Shown here piece by piece: positions 11,461-21,072 of a stretch of 64,000 nt of DNA (within the stretch, counting starts at the first letter, position 1; each line of letters begins with the position of its first letter). Under the pieces are notes generated by a model. It was not told the origin of the DNA and did not search any database. It saw nothing but the letters and a program-made list of their open reading frames with translations. Made by a program: the position numbers and the translations under genes. The DNA is from Halothiobacillus sp. (GTDB lineage: Bacteria > Pseudomonadota > Gammaproteobacteria > Halothiobacillales > Halothiobacillaceae), in NCBI GenBank assembly GCA_024635755.1, contig JAGXIF010000044.1, forward strand, positions 28,086-92,085. Direction: 5' to 3'.

Positions 11461-12095
11461 TCGTTCACCTCGTTCATGAAATCGGTCAACACCTCGACGA
11501 TCCGCTCGGAGTCATGCGGGCCCGGCAGCAGGGCCAACATGCGCCCCTTCGGATCGATCAGCCGGAAGCTGGTGTCATGATCCACGGTATAGGCCCGTTC
11601 CCCAGTCTCGTGCGGTTCAATCCGATAGCCGGCGCGAACGCGCGAGGTGATCGCGTCGATCGCCTCGCGAGAGCCGGTCAGCGGCACGAAGGCCTCGGAG
11701 AAGAAGGCGGTGTAGCGCTGCAGATGCCCGACGCTGTCGCGCTCGGGGTCCACGGACAGAAACACCACCTGCCAGTCGACTTCCGGCAACCGAGCCTCCA
11801 GCCGCGGCAGGATCAAGGCAAGCTGGCCGAGTTCGGTGGGGCAGACATCCGGGCAGTAGCTGTAACCGACATACAACAGGCTCCAGCGATCACGAAACAG
11901 GCTTGCCGTGCTGCGCTCACCCGCGCCCCCGACGAGCGTTACATCGGGAACCGGTACGAGCGCTTCGGGCGTGCGCAGCACGAGCGGATCCGGTGTTTGA
12001 TAACCGGAGAGCAGGTTGTCCCCGCTGACGGGCTGGCAGCCCGTCAGCCAAAGCATGGCAACCATCACCGTCAGCAGGACACGACTCGATCGCAT
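11457..12095 (-). CDS. SCO1/SenC-family copper chaperone lipoprotein
   Basis: Start re-called at ATG 12095 (GAGGAG RBS). Lipobox LTGC, CPDVC, SVDPERD and conserved His in VDH. Confidence 0.9.
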   Translation of the reverse strand: MRSSRVLLTVMVAMLWLTGCQPVSGDNLLSGYQTPDPLVLRTPEALVPVPDVTLVGGAGERSTASLFRDRWSLLYVGYSYCPDVCPTELGQLALILPRLEARLPEVDWQVVFLSVDPERDSVGHLQRYTAFFSEAFVPLTGSREAIDAITSRVRAGYRIEPHETGERAYTVDHDTSFRLIDPKGRMLALLPGPHDSERIVEVLTDFMNEVNE

Positions 12096-12231
12096 GAGTA
12101 ACTCGACTCCTCGCATGAATTGGTCGTCGGGTTTGGAGCCGTTAAACTGCCGGACCATGCACCATGGCGCAATGTGTGATTTCACACAGCCCGTCATACT
12201 GCCCGAATCACTTTCCGGAGACCTCCACGAC

Positions 12232-12549
12232 ATGAACCTTACCGCTCGCCAGCGACAATATCTCCGTGCCGAGGCACACCACCTCAAGCCTGTGGTGCTT
12301 CTCGGCCAGCATGGGCTGACCGATGCGGTGCTCGCCGAGATCGAGCAGGCACTGGAAATCCACGAGCTGATCAAGGTCCGTGTCCCCGGCGTCGAGCGCG
12401 ACGAGAAGCGCGAGATAATCGACGCGATCACCTCGGCCACCCACTCGACGCTGGTGCAGACGGTCGGCCACATCGCAGTGCTGTTCCGTCCGCGCGCCGA
12501 CTATTCGGACTTCAACCTGCCCTCGCCGGGGAAAGCGCGCCAGCAATGA
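12232..12549 (+). CDS. yhbY: CRM-domain ribosome assembly RNA-binding protein
   Basis: Start re-called at ATG 12232. LRAEAHHLKPVV and ALEIHELIKV motifs; divergent from the rlmE side as usual. Confidence 0.92.
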   Translation: MNLTARQRQYLRAEAHHLKPVVLLGQHGLTDAVLAEIEQALEIHELIKVRVPGVERDEKREIIDAITSATHSTLVQTVGHIAVLFRPRADYSDFNLPSPGKARQQ

Positions 12550-13208
12550 TCCCGCTGCTGGGTCCGGATCCGGCCGGCTTCCCGCCCGTTTCGGCGGCGC
12601 TGAACGAGCCCAACGGGTTGCTCGCCGCAGGCGGTGACCTGTCGGTCGAACGACTGCAGCAGGCGTATCGCCGTGGGATTTTTCCCTGGTTTTCAGAGGG
12701 CGACCCGATCCTGTGGTGGAGCCCGGACCCGCGCACGCTGCTCACTCCCGAGCGCTTCCACGTCTCGAAAAGTCTCGCCAAGTGGCGTCGCCAGGAACGC
12801 TACCAAGTGACCGCAGACACGGCATTTGAAGCGGTGGTGGATGGCTGCGCCGCGCCCCGCGGGGACGAGGCCGGCACCTGGATCGTGCCGGCAATGCAAG
12901 CAGCCTTCGTCTCTCTACACCAGGCCGGGCTGGCCCACTCGGTGGAAGTCTGGCGCGGTGAGGAACTGGTCGGTGGGCTCTTCGGCAGCCGCATCGGTCG
13001 GGCCGCGTTCGGCGAATCGATGTTCAGCTGGGCGCCGAATGCCTCCAAGTTCGCCCTGGCGGCCATTCTGGTGGACGGCCTGTGGGGAGAAATCGAATTT
13101 CTCGATGTGCAGTTCACCACCGAGCATCTGCTCAGCCTGGGGGCCGAAGAATATCCCCGCTCGGTGTTCATGCGCTGGTTGGCCGAGGCCACCGCCTTGC
13201 CTTTGTGA
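12546..13208 (+). CDS. aat: Leucyl/phenylalanyl-tRNA--protein transferase
   Basis: GLLAAGGDL, AYRRGIFPW, WWSPDPR, AHSVEVW and FGESMFS motifs. Confidence 0.95.
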   Translation: MIPLLGPDPAGFPPVSAALNEPNGLLAAGGDLSVERLQQAYRRGIFPWFSEGDPILWWSPDPRTLLTPERFHVSKSLAKWRRQERYQVTADTAFEAVVDGCAAPRGDEAGTWIVPAMQAAFVSLHQAGLAHSVEVWRGEELVGGLFGSRIGRAAFGESMFSWAPNASKFALAAILVDGLWGEIEFLDVQFTTEHLLSLGAEEYPRSVFMRWLAEATALPL

Positions 13209-13278
13209 TAAAACGTAACGTCCAAGGCCCGCCCGACGCAGCGCCACCCGCCCACTGACAAGGAGCGAGATCCACCCC

Positions 13279-15273
13279 ATGCCAGTCGACACCATGGGCA
13301 TCCTGCTGACCCTGCTCTTGATCTCCGTCGTAGCGGTGGTGGTCCTGAACCGCGTCAACCTGCCGGCCATCCTCGGCTACCTGGCGGTGGGCGTGCTGGC
13401 CGGCCCGCACGCCATCGGGCTGGTCAAAGACATCCATGACATTCACCTGTTCGCCGAATTCGGCGTGGTGTTCCTGTTGTTCATGCTGGGCCTGGAGTTC
13501 TCGCTGTCGCGCCTGATCGCCATGCGCCACGCGGTGGTCGGCATGGGCGGGGCCCAAGTCCTGCTCACGGCCATCATCACCGGCGGGGTGGCCCTGATGA
13601 TGGGTTTCTCCCCGGCCGCCGCCTTCGTGCTCGCCGGGGTGATGACCGTCTCATCGACGGCCATCGTGATTCGCCAGCTGGGCGAGCAACTCGAGGTCAA
13701 TTCCCGTCACGGCAACAACGCGGTGGGCATCCTGCTGTTCCAGGACCTCGCCGTCATCCCCTTTCTGATCATCATCCCGGTACTCGGCTCGCAGGCGGCA
13801 AACGAAGCCGGCAACCTGACCCTGGACATCTCGCTCACGCTGGCCGCCGGGGTGGTAGCGGCTGTGGCTCTGTTCTTCGGCGGACGCTGGGTGTTGCGCC
13901 CGGTATTCCGCGAGATCGCCAAGTCGCGCTCGGCCGAGTTGTTCACCCTGGCGGTACTGCTGACCGTACTGGGCGCCGGCTGGCTGACCAACACCGCCGG
14001 CCTGTCCTGGGAGCTGGGCGCGTTCCTCGCCGGGATTGCCCTGTCGGAGACGCAATACAAGCACCAGATCGAGGCGGACATCCGCCCCTTCCGCGACGTG
14101 CTTCTGGGGCTGTTCTTCATCACCATCGGCATGATGCTCGATATCGGCGGGCTGCTGGACATCTTCCACTGGGTGCTGATGTTCCTGGCCATCCTGATCC
14201 TAGCCAAGACACTGATCATCTTCCTCATCGGTCGGGCGATGGGGGAATCCCCCGGTGTCGCCCTGCGTTCGGGCCTGGTCCTGGCCCAGGGCGGCGAATT
14301 CGGCTTTGCCATGCTCTCGATCGCCGACCCGGGCCTGATGACCGACCTCGAGCATCAGATCGTGCTGGGGACGGTGATCTTCTCGATGGTGCTCACGCCT
14401 ATCCTGGTCAAGTACAACGGCGTGATCGTCAAGCGATTGGTGCCGGGCTATGCCCGCAGCCGCCGCCGGCACTCGGTCGAGGTGCGCCAGGATGCCAGCG
14501 ACCTATCCAACCACGTGCTGATCTGCGGCTTCGGCCGAGTGGGCCAGAACGTCGCCCGCCTGCTCAAAAGCGAGGGGATCGACTACACCGCCGTCGAAGT
14601 CGACCCGGACATCGTCCACCAGGCCAACGAGGCGGGCCTGCGGGTGTATTTCGGCAACTCCACTCATCTCGATATCCTGCAGTCGGCCGGGCTTCACCGC
14701 GCCCGGGCCCTGGTACTCACCCACCTGGACGACGCCTCGACCATCAAGACCATCGAGGTGGTACGCGGCGTCGATCGCGACACCCCGATCATCGTGCGCA
14801 CCCGCACCGACAAGTTTCTCGACCGAATTCACTCGGCCGGCGCGACCGAGGTGGTGGCCAGCGTCTACGAAATGAGCCTGGCACTCGGCGGCCACGTGCT
14901 GCGCACCCTGAAGGTACCCCCCACGAAGATCCTGCGCCAGATCCAGGAAATCCGACGCGAGAACTACGCCCCACTGCGCCATACCTTCCATGGCGACCGT
15001 GCCCGCGACGAGAACGACTTCGCCCTGCTCGCGCCACGAACGCTCAAGAACGTGGCCCTGGTGCCGGGGGCCGCCGCCGTGGGCAAGAGCCTGGGCGAGA
15101 TCATGCCCGACGACGGCTCCTTGGTGGTCGATGCCATCAACCGCCACGGCATACGCGGCGAGAGTCCCAGCAAAGACGTCATCCTCGAGGAAGAGGACGT
15201 GCTGACGCTCTACGGCGCCCCCGAGGTCCTGGAAGGCGCCGAACACCTCCTGCTTACCGGTCGCAAGGGATAG
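13279..15273 (+). CDS. CPA2-family monovalent cation:proton antiporter with TrkA-N and TrkA-C domains (Kef-like)
   Basis: Multi-TM N-terminus with GLEFS, GILLFQD, LGAFLAG and LAQGGEFGF motifs; Rossmann GFGRVG; C-terminal RCK_C-like region. Confidence 0.9.
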   Translation: MPVDTMGILLTLLLISVVAVVVLNRVNLPAILGYLAVGVLAGPHAIGLVKDIHDIHLFAEFGVVFLLFMLGLEFSLSRLIAMRHAVVGMGGAQVLLTAIITGGVALMMGFSPAAAFVLAGVMTVSSTAIVIRQLGEQLEVNSRHGNNAVGILLFQDLAVIPFLIIIPVLGSQAANEAGNLTLDISLTLAAGVVAAVALFFGGRWVLRPVFREIAKSRSAELFTLAVLLTVLGAGWLTNTAGLSWELGAFLAGIALSETQYKHQIEADIRPFRDVLLGLFFITIGMMLDIGGLLDIFHWVLMFLAILILAKTLIIFLIGRAMGESPGVALRSGLVLAQGGEFGFAMLSIADPGLMTDLEHQIVLGTVIFSMVLTPILVKYNGVIVKRLVPGYARSRRRHSVEVRQDASDLSNHVLICGFGRVGQNVARLLKSEGIDYTAVEVDPDIVHQANEAGLRVYFGNSTHLDILQSAGLHRARALVLTHLDDASTIKTIEVVRGVDRDTPIIVRTRTDKFLDRIHSAGATEVVASVYEMSLALGGHVLRTLKVPPTKILRQIQEIRRENYAPLRHTFHGDRARDENDFALLAPRTLKNVALVPGAAAVGKSLGEIMPDDGSLVVDAINRHGIRGESPSKDVILEEEDVLTLYGAPEVLEGAEHLLLTGRKG

Positions 15274-15387
15274 AGACGCTCGGGGGAACCCTGGCAAAAC
15301 GCCTCGCGTTGGTATTCTCCGTGTCAATTCACTAGGATGGGTACATTGAACAGGACATCCTGACCAGATTTCAGGGGAGGCAGTGAC

Positions 15388-15618
15388 ATGATCGCCAGTG
15401 TGGACAGCGGTTACAGCAACGTCGCAGCGGCCGACGGGATGCTCTCGCAACCGTCGAATCAGCAGACCGCCAACCCCAGCGCCCAGACGCGCAACACGCA
15501 GGTGGACAACCCAGTCGAGAACCGCGTCAATGGCCCGGAACAGACCGCCAGTACGCAAAACCGGGCCGGCGAGGAAGATCAGGCAAGCACCGGCAGCAAC
15601 ATCGACGTGCGCGCCTGA
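15388..15618 (+). CDS. Small hypothetical protein (76 aa, polar low-complexity, ends GSNIDVRA)
   Basis: Strong RBS GGGGAGG; fills the gap between the antiporter and mfd; followed by a terminator-like hairpin. Confidence 0.7.
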   Translation: MIASVDSGYSNVAAADGMLSQPSNQQTANPSAQTRNTQVDNPVENRVNGPEQTASTQNRAGEEDQASTGSNIDVRA

Positions 15619-15656
15619 CCGTCCCATCCAGACGAACATTCGCCATCGTGGCGACG

Positions 15657-15683
15657 AATGCGGGCTCCGGCCCGCATTTTTTC
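15657..15683 (+). terminator. Intrinsic terminator after the 76-aa ORF
   Basis: AATGCGGGC-TCCG-GCCCGCATT followed by a T run. Confidence 0.75.
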
Positions 15684-15791
15684 GTTCAGCGCGCCGTCGC
15701 TGTCCGTGCAGCACCGCCGCAAATGGGCGACAATCCCGCCTTTCTGCCACCCTGACAGCCTTTTCGACCCAACAAGACCCGCGATCCAGCC

Positions 15792-18700
15792 ATGAGCGAC
15801 GCCAAGCAGTCCATCGCCCAACCCGGCAATAGCAGCGACCCGATCTACCTGCGTGCCCATACCGAGTTGGGGCGGGCCCTGGCCACGCGCCTTGCGGCCG
15901 AGGCCGGCGACCGGCCGTTACTGGCCGTGCTGCCCGACAGTCGGCATGTCAACGACGCCCTGGCCGCCCTGCACTTTCTCGGCATGGAGGCGGCCATCTT
16001 TCCCGACTGGGAGGTGTTGCCCTACGACCGATTCTCCCCGCACCAGGACCTGATCTCCGACCGCTTGTCTCGCCTGTGGCGACTGCCACGGGAAACCCAG
16101 GGATTGACGCTGATTGCCGCGCCCACCCTGATGCAGCGCCTGCCTCCGCCCGCCTTCGTCGCCGGCCAGGGCATGGTGCTTGAAGTCGGCCAGCGGCTCG
16201 ATCGTGAGGCCTACCGCGAGCAACTGCAGGCGGCCGGCTACAGTCTGGTGTCACAGGTCCAGGGTCACGGCGAGTATGCCTTGCGCGGTGGCCTGGTCGA
16301 TGTGTTCCCCATGGGCGCCGAAGAGCCGGTGCGCATCGACCTGTTCGACGATGAAATCGAGACCCTGCGCCACTTCGATCCCGAATCGCAGCGTTCCACC
16401 CGGACGGTCAACGAGATCACGCTACTGCCGGCGCGCGAGTACCCCCTGACCGACAAGGGCATCGCCATCTTCCGCCAGAACTGGCGCAACACCTTCTCGG
16501 GTGACCCGACCCAGGCCCCCATCTACCGCCAGGTATCCGAAGGCCTGGTGCCCGCCGGCATCGAGAGCTACCTGCCGCTGTTCTTCGAGCAGACGGCCTC
16601 GCTGTTCGACTATCTGCCCGATACCACGCGCATGATGCTGTTCGACGGCATCCCCGAGGCCATCGACCGCTTCGTCGCCGAGACCACGGAGCGTTTCGGC
16701 CAGCGTGCCGGTGACATCGATCACCCCATCCTGCCCCCCGAAGCCCTGTTCCAGACCGCCGAGGAGTTCGAGGGCCGGCTCAAGGCATACCCACGCTGGC
16801 AGTTGGTGGACGCGGCCGACAGCCACTTTCCGCAGGCGGCCGACATCGGCGACCGCCCCTTGCCCGACCTGGCTTCCGGCGGTGCCTCGCCGCAGGCCGT
16901 GATGGAGCGACTCGCGGGCTTCGTGCGTGAATTCGACGGCCGCACCCTGCTGGTCGCCGAAAGCAGTGGCCGTCGTCAGGCCCTGCTCGAGCAGATGGGT
17001 CACGTCGGACTGCAGGCGCGTGCCGTCGACACTTGGCACGACTGGCGGGAGAACGGCCACGACGCCGTGGGCATAGCCACCGCCGAGCTGGAGCAGGGCG
17101 CGATCCTGCCGGGTGACGGCGAACGCATTGCCGTGATCAGCGAGATCAACCTGTTCGCCGAACGCGTCGCCCAGCGCCGAGCCAAGTCGCGCCGTGGTCG
17201 CGACGCGGACGCCATCATCCAGAACCTGGATGACCTGGCCATCGGCGCGCCGGTGGTCCACGAGGATCACGGCGTGGGACGTTTCCAGGGACTGGTTACC
17301 CTGGAGATGAACGACCAACCGCAGGAATACCTGCTGCTCACCTACACCGGCGACGACAAGCTCTATGTGCCGGTCTCGGGGCTCGAGCGCATTTCCCGCT
17401 ACACGGGCGGGGCCGAGGAATCCGCCCCCCTCCACCGACTGGGGTCGGAGCAGTGGGAAAAGGCCAAGAAGCGGGCCGCCGCCCAGGTCCACGACGTGGC
17501 CGCCGAACTCCTCGACGTGCATGCCCGGCGCGCCGCGCGCAAGGGCACCTCGTTGAAGGTCGACGAGTCCGACTACCGTCAGTTCGCCGAGGAATTCGCC
17601 TTCGAGCCCACCGACGACCAGCGTCTGGCGATTGAGCAAGTGCTAGCCGACATGGCCGCCCCGCAGCCGATGGATCGTGTCGTCTGCGGCGATGTCGGCT
17701 TCGGCAAGACCGAGGTGGCTATGCGCGCCACCTTTGTCGCCGTCGAGAACCACACCCAGGTGGCGGTGCTGGTGCCGACCACGCTGCTGGCCGAGCAACA
17801 CCTTCGTAACTTCCGCGACCGCTTCTCCAACTGGCCGGTGACCATCGAAAGCCTGTCGCGGCTGTCCGGGAGCAAGCAGACCGCCGGGGTGCGCGAGCGG
17901 ATCAAGTCGGGCCAGGTCGACATCGTCATCGGCACGCACAAGTTGCTTCGCGAATCGCCGGAATTCGCCAACCTCGGCCTGGTGGTCATCGACGAAGAAC
18001 AGCGTTTTGGCGTGCGCGACAAGGAACGCCTCAAGGCCCTGCGCGCCGAGGTCGACCTGCTGACGCTTACCGCCACGCCCATTCCGCGCACGCTCAACAT
18101 GGCGCTTTCAGGGATTCGGGATCTCTCGATCATCGCCACCCCGCCGCGCGAGCGCCTGGCGGTCAAGACGGTGATCCTGCGCTGGGACGAGGTGCAGATC
18201 CGCGAAGCGATCCAGCGGGAGCTAAAACGCGGTGGGCAGGTGTACTTCCTGCACAACGAGGTCAAGAGCATCGACCGCATGGCCCGTCTGGTCGAGGAGA
18301 TTGTGCCCGAGGCGCGCATCGGCGTGGCCCACGGCCAGATGGGCGAGCGCGGGCTGGAGCAGGTGATGTCGGACTTCTACCACCAGCGCTTCAACGTGCT
18401 GGTCTCGACCACCATCATCGAGTCGGGCATCGACATTCCCACGGCCAACACCATCCTAATCCACCGCGCCGACAAGTTCGGCCTGGCCCAGTTGCACCAG
18501 CTGCGCGGCCGGGTGGGTCGCTCGCATCATCGTGCCTACGCCTACCTGATCACCCCGGAACCCACCACGCTGACCCCCGACGCGGAAAAGCGTCTCGAGG
18601 CCATCGCCGCGCTCGAGGACCTGGGCGTGGGCTTCACGCTCTCCACCCATGATCTCGAGATCCGTGGCGCGGGCGAGTTGCTCGGCTCCGGGCAGTCCGG

Positions 18701-19274
18701 TCAGATGCACGAGGTCGGCTACCGCTACTACATGCAGCTGCTCGACCGCGCGGTCCACGCCATCCGCCAGGGCAAGCAACCGGAACTCACCGCGCCACTG
18801 TCAAGCCAAGGCACCGAAGTCGACCTGGGCGTGCCCGCCCTGATCCCCGATGACTACGTGGCCGACGTGCACACCCGGTTGACCCTCTACAAGCGCCTGT
18901 CCACGGCAAACGACCGCAATGCCCTCGACGAGCTCAAGGTGGAATTGATCGACCGTTTCGGCCTGCTGCCGGAACCGGTCATCGCCCTGGTCGAGACACA
19001 CCGATTGCGCATCCGGGCACGCGATCTGGGCATTCGCAAGCTCGAGCTGACCCACCGCGGCGGGCGGCTGGTCTTCGGTGACCAGGCACAGGTCGACCCG
19101 CAGAAAGTGGTCGCCGCCGTGCAGGCCGACCCCGAGACCTGGCGCCTGTCGGCCGACACGCTGCGCTTTGTCATCGACATGCCGACCCTCGAGGAACGCC
19201 TCGAGTTGATCGGACGGTTGCTGGACGACGTGGCCCTGCCCGAAACCACCACGCCGGGTGGGCAAAAACGATGA
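15792..19274 (+). CDS. mfd: Transcription-repair coupling factor
   Basis: LPYDRFSPH, VVHEDHGVGRF, GDVGFGKTEVA, DEEQRFGV, QLRGRVGRS and DLEIRGAGELLG motifs. Confidence 0.98.
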   Translation: MSDAKQSIAQPGNSSDPIYLRAHTELGRALATRLAAEAGDRPLLAVLPDSRHVNDALAALHFLGMEAAIFPDWEVLPYDRFSPHQDLISDRLSRLWRLPRETQGLTLIAAPTLMQRLPPPAFVAGQGMVLEVGQRLDREAYREQLQAAGYSLVSQVQGHGEYALRGGLVDVFPMGAEEPVRIDLFDDEIETLRHFDPESQRSTRTVNEITLLPAREYPLTDKGIAIFRQNWRNTFSGDPTQAPIYRQVSEGLVPAGIESYLPLFFEQTASLFDYLPDTTRMMLFDGIPEAIDRFVAETTERFGQRAGDIDHPILPPEALFQTAEEFEGRLKAYPRWQLVDAADSHFPQAADIGDRPLPDLASGGASPQAVMERLAGFVREFDGRTLLVAESSGRRQALLEQMGHVGLQARAVDTWHDWRENGHDAVGIATAELEQGAILPGDGERIAVISEINLFAERVAQRRAKSRRGRDADAIIQNLDDLAIGAPVVHEDHGVGRFQGLVTLEMNDQPQEYLLLTYTGDDKLYVPVSGLERISRYTGGAEESAPLHRLGSEQWEKAKKRAAAQVHDVAAELLDVHARRAARKGTSLKVDESDYRQFAEEFAFEPTDDQRLAIEQVLADMAAPQPMDRVVCGDVGFGKTEVAMRATFVAVENHTQVAVLVPTTLLAEQHLRNFRDRFSNWPVTIESLSRLSGSKQTAGVRERIKSGQVDIVIGTHKLLRESPEFANLGLVVIDEEQRFGVRDKERLKALRAEVDLLTLTATPIPRTLNMALSGIRDLSIIATPPRERLAVKTVILRWDEVQIREAIQRELKRGGQVYFLHNEVKSIDRMARLVEEIVPEARIGVAHGQMGERGLEQVMSDFYHQRFNVLVSTTIIESGIDIPTANTILIHRADKFGLAQLHQLRGRVGRSHHRAYAYLITPEPTTLTPDAEKRLEAIAALEDLGVGFTLSTHDLEIRGAGELLGSGQSGQMHEVGYRYYMQLLDRAVHAIRQGKQPELTAPLSSQGTEVDLGVPALIPDDYVADVHTRLTLYKRLSTANDRNALDELKVELIDRFGLLPEPVIALVETHRLRIRARDLGIRKLELTHRGGRLVFGDQAQVDPQKVVAAVQADPETWRLSADTLRFVIDMPTLEERLELIGRLLDDVALPETTTPGGQKR

Positions 19275-19738
19275 GCCGCGTGGTCACCGGCCATGCCGAC
19301 CGCGAGCGCCAACCGGCGCGCACCGCGCCGCTCTGGCGACGAGCGGCGGCCTTGTTCTACGACACCCTGTTCGTCATCGCAGTGGTGATCCTCGCCACCC
19401 TGCTCGCCTTGATCGTCACCCGGGGCGAGCCGGTGCCGCCCGAAGGCCCGGCCCAGTGGCTATTCCGGGCCTACCTGCTGCTCTGGATTGCCGGCTACTT
19501 CGTCTTCTTCTGGTGTCGCTTCGGCCAGACGCCGGGCATGAAGGTCTGGCGACTGCTGCTGATCAAGCAACGTCGGGGTCCTTGCGCCCTGCCGGCCCTG
19601 GGCCGCTTCGGCTTCGGCCTGCTGAGCCTGGCCACCGTCGGCCTGCCGTTCTTCCTCGCTTTGACCGACGCGCAACGTCGCACCTGGATCGACCGGCACC
19701 TCGACATGCGAGTGGTCCAGTTAATCGGCAAACCCTAG
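19271..19738 (+). CDS. RDD-family membrane protein
   Basis: APLWRRAAALFYD and GQTPGMKVWRL motifs with TM segments. Confidence 0.85.
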   Translation: MSRVVTGHADRERQPARTAPLWRRAAALFYDTLFVIAVVILATLLALIVTRGEPVPPEGPAQWLFRAYLLLWIAGYFVFFWCRFGQTPGMKVWRLLLIKQRRGPCALPALGRFGFGLLSLATVGLPFFLALTDAQRRTWIDRHLDMRVVQLIGKP

Positions 19739-19786
19739 CCTCCCTGTCGCGACTGACCTGGCCGTAATGGCCGCATGACACGAAAG

Positions 19787-19820
19787 AAAGCCCCGAGGAA
19801 AGGCTCCCCCGGGGCTTTTT
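19787..19820. terminator. Bidirectional terminator between the RDD gene and ftsZ
   Basis: AAAGCCCCG...CGGGGCTTTTT between convergent genes. Confidence 0.75.
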
Positions 19821-19872
19821 GCATGCCACGTTGCGAGTCGATCGGGCCGGAGACGAAGCCGGCCGATCGCGG

Positions 19873-21033
19873 TCAGTCCGCCTGGTGGCGGAGGAAGGAC
19901 GGGATGTCGATGGTGTCGAGATTGATCGCCGCACTGCCGCGATGCGCCGAACCGGCATAGGCCTGACGGGCTTCGTGCTCTGCCGCTTCGGTCTCGGCGG
20001 CCGCCTGCTCGTTGCGACGGGCGTTGTCGATCACGACGCGCGGCTTGCTCTGCTCGGCGGAAACGTTCTTGTTCCGCGACAGCCCGGTGGCTACCAGGGT
20101 CACCCGCAGTTGGCCGTCGAGCTCCTCGTCGACCGCGGTGCCGACCTTGACCACCGCCTCGTCGCCAGCCAGCGCCTGAACCATCTCGCCGATCTCCATG
20201 AACTCGCCGATCGACAGGTCGCCGTTGGAGGTGACGTTGACCAGGATGCCGTCGGCCCCGGTCAGGTTGATGTCGTCCAGCAGCGGACTGTGGATGGCCG
20301 CCTCGGCTGCCTCCGCCGCACGGTTGTCGCCGGTGCCGACACCGGTACCCATCATCGCCGTGCCCTTCTCGGTCATGATCGCGCGGACGTCGGCGAAGTC
20401 GAGATTGATCTCGCCCGGGCGGGTGATCAGCTCGGAGATCCCAGCCACGGCGGTGAACAGCACCTCGTTGGCGGCGGCGAAGGCATCGCGCAGGGCGGCT
20501 TGCTTGCCCATCACCGCGGTGAGTTGGTCGTTGGGAATGACGATCAGCGAGTCGACGTTGTCCTCGAGCTCCTGAATACCCTCCATGGCCACGCTGGTGC
20601 GCTTCTTGCCCTCGAAGGAGAACGGCCGGGTGACCACTGCCACGGTGAGGATGTTCATGTCGCGAGCGATCTGCGCGATCACCGGCGCCGCACCGGTGCC
20701 CGTGCCGCCACCCATGCCGGTGGTGATGAACAGCATGTTGGCGTCAGAGATCGCCTCCTGGATCTGCTCGCGGTCTTCGAGGGCGGCCTGCCGACCCAGT
20801 TCCGGATCGGCACCGGCACCCAGGCCCTTGGTGATGTTCGCACCGATCTGCAGTTGCGACGGGGCATTGCTCTTGACCAGCGCCTGCGCGTCGGTGTTCG
20901 CGCTGATGTACTCGATCCCCTCGATGTTTTGCATGACCATGTGGGCGACCGCGTTGCCGCCGCCACCACCAACGCCGATGACCTTGATCTTGGCGCTCTC
21001 GGTCTGCATCTCTGCCATTGTCCAGTTGCTCAT
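19873..21033 (-). CDS. ftsZ: Cell division protein FtsZ
   Basis: Start at ATG 21033 (AAGGAG RBS). GVGGGGGNAV, GGGTGTG and INLDFADV motifs; C-terminal DIPSFLR core. Confidence 0.98.
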   Translation of the reverse strand: MSNWTMAEMQTESAKIKVIGVGGGGGNAVAHMVMQNIEGIEYISANTDAQALVKSNAPSQLQIGANITKGLGAGADPELGRQAALEDREQIQEAISDANMLFITTGMGGGTGTGAAPVIAQIARDMNILTVAVVTRPFSFEGKKRTSVAMEGIQELEDNVDSLIVIPNDQLTAVMGKQAALRDAFAAANEVLFTAVAGISELITRPGEINLDFADVRAIMTEKGTAMMGTGVGTGDNRAAEAAEAAIHSPLLDDINLTGADGILVNVTSNGDLSIGEFMEIGEMVQALAGDEAVVKVGTAVDEELDGQLRVTLVATGLSRNKNVSAEQSKPRVVIDNARRNEQAAAETEAAEHEARQAYAGSAHRGSAAINLDTIDIPSFLRHQAD

Positions 21034-21072
21034 GGTGTCGTCTCCTTCTCTCACGTGGCGTTCTTGAATGGG

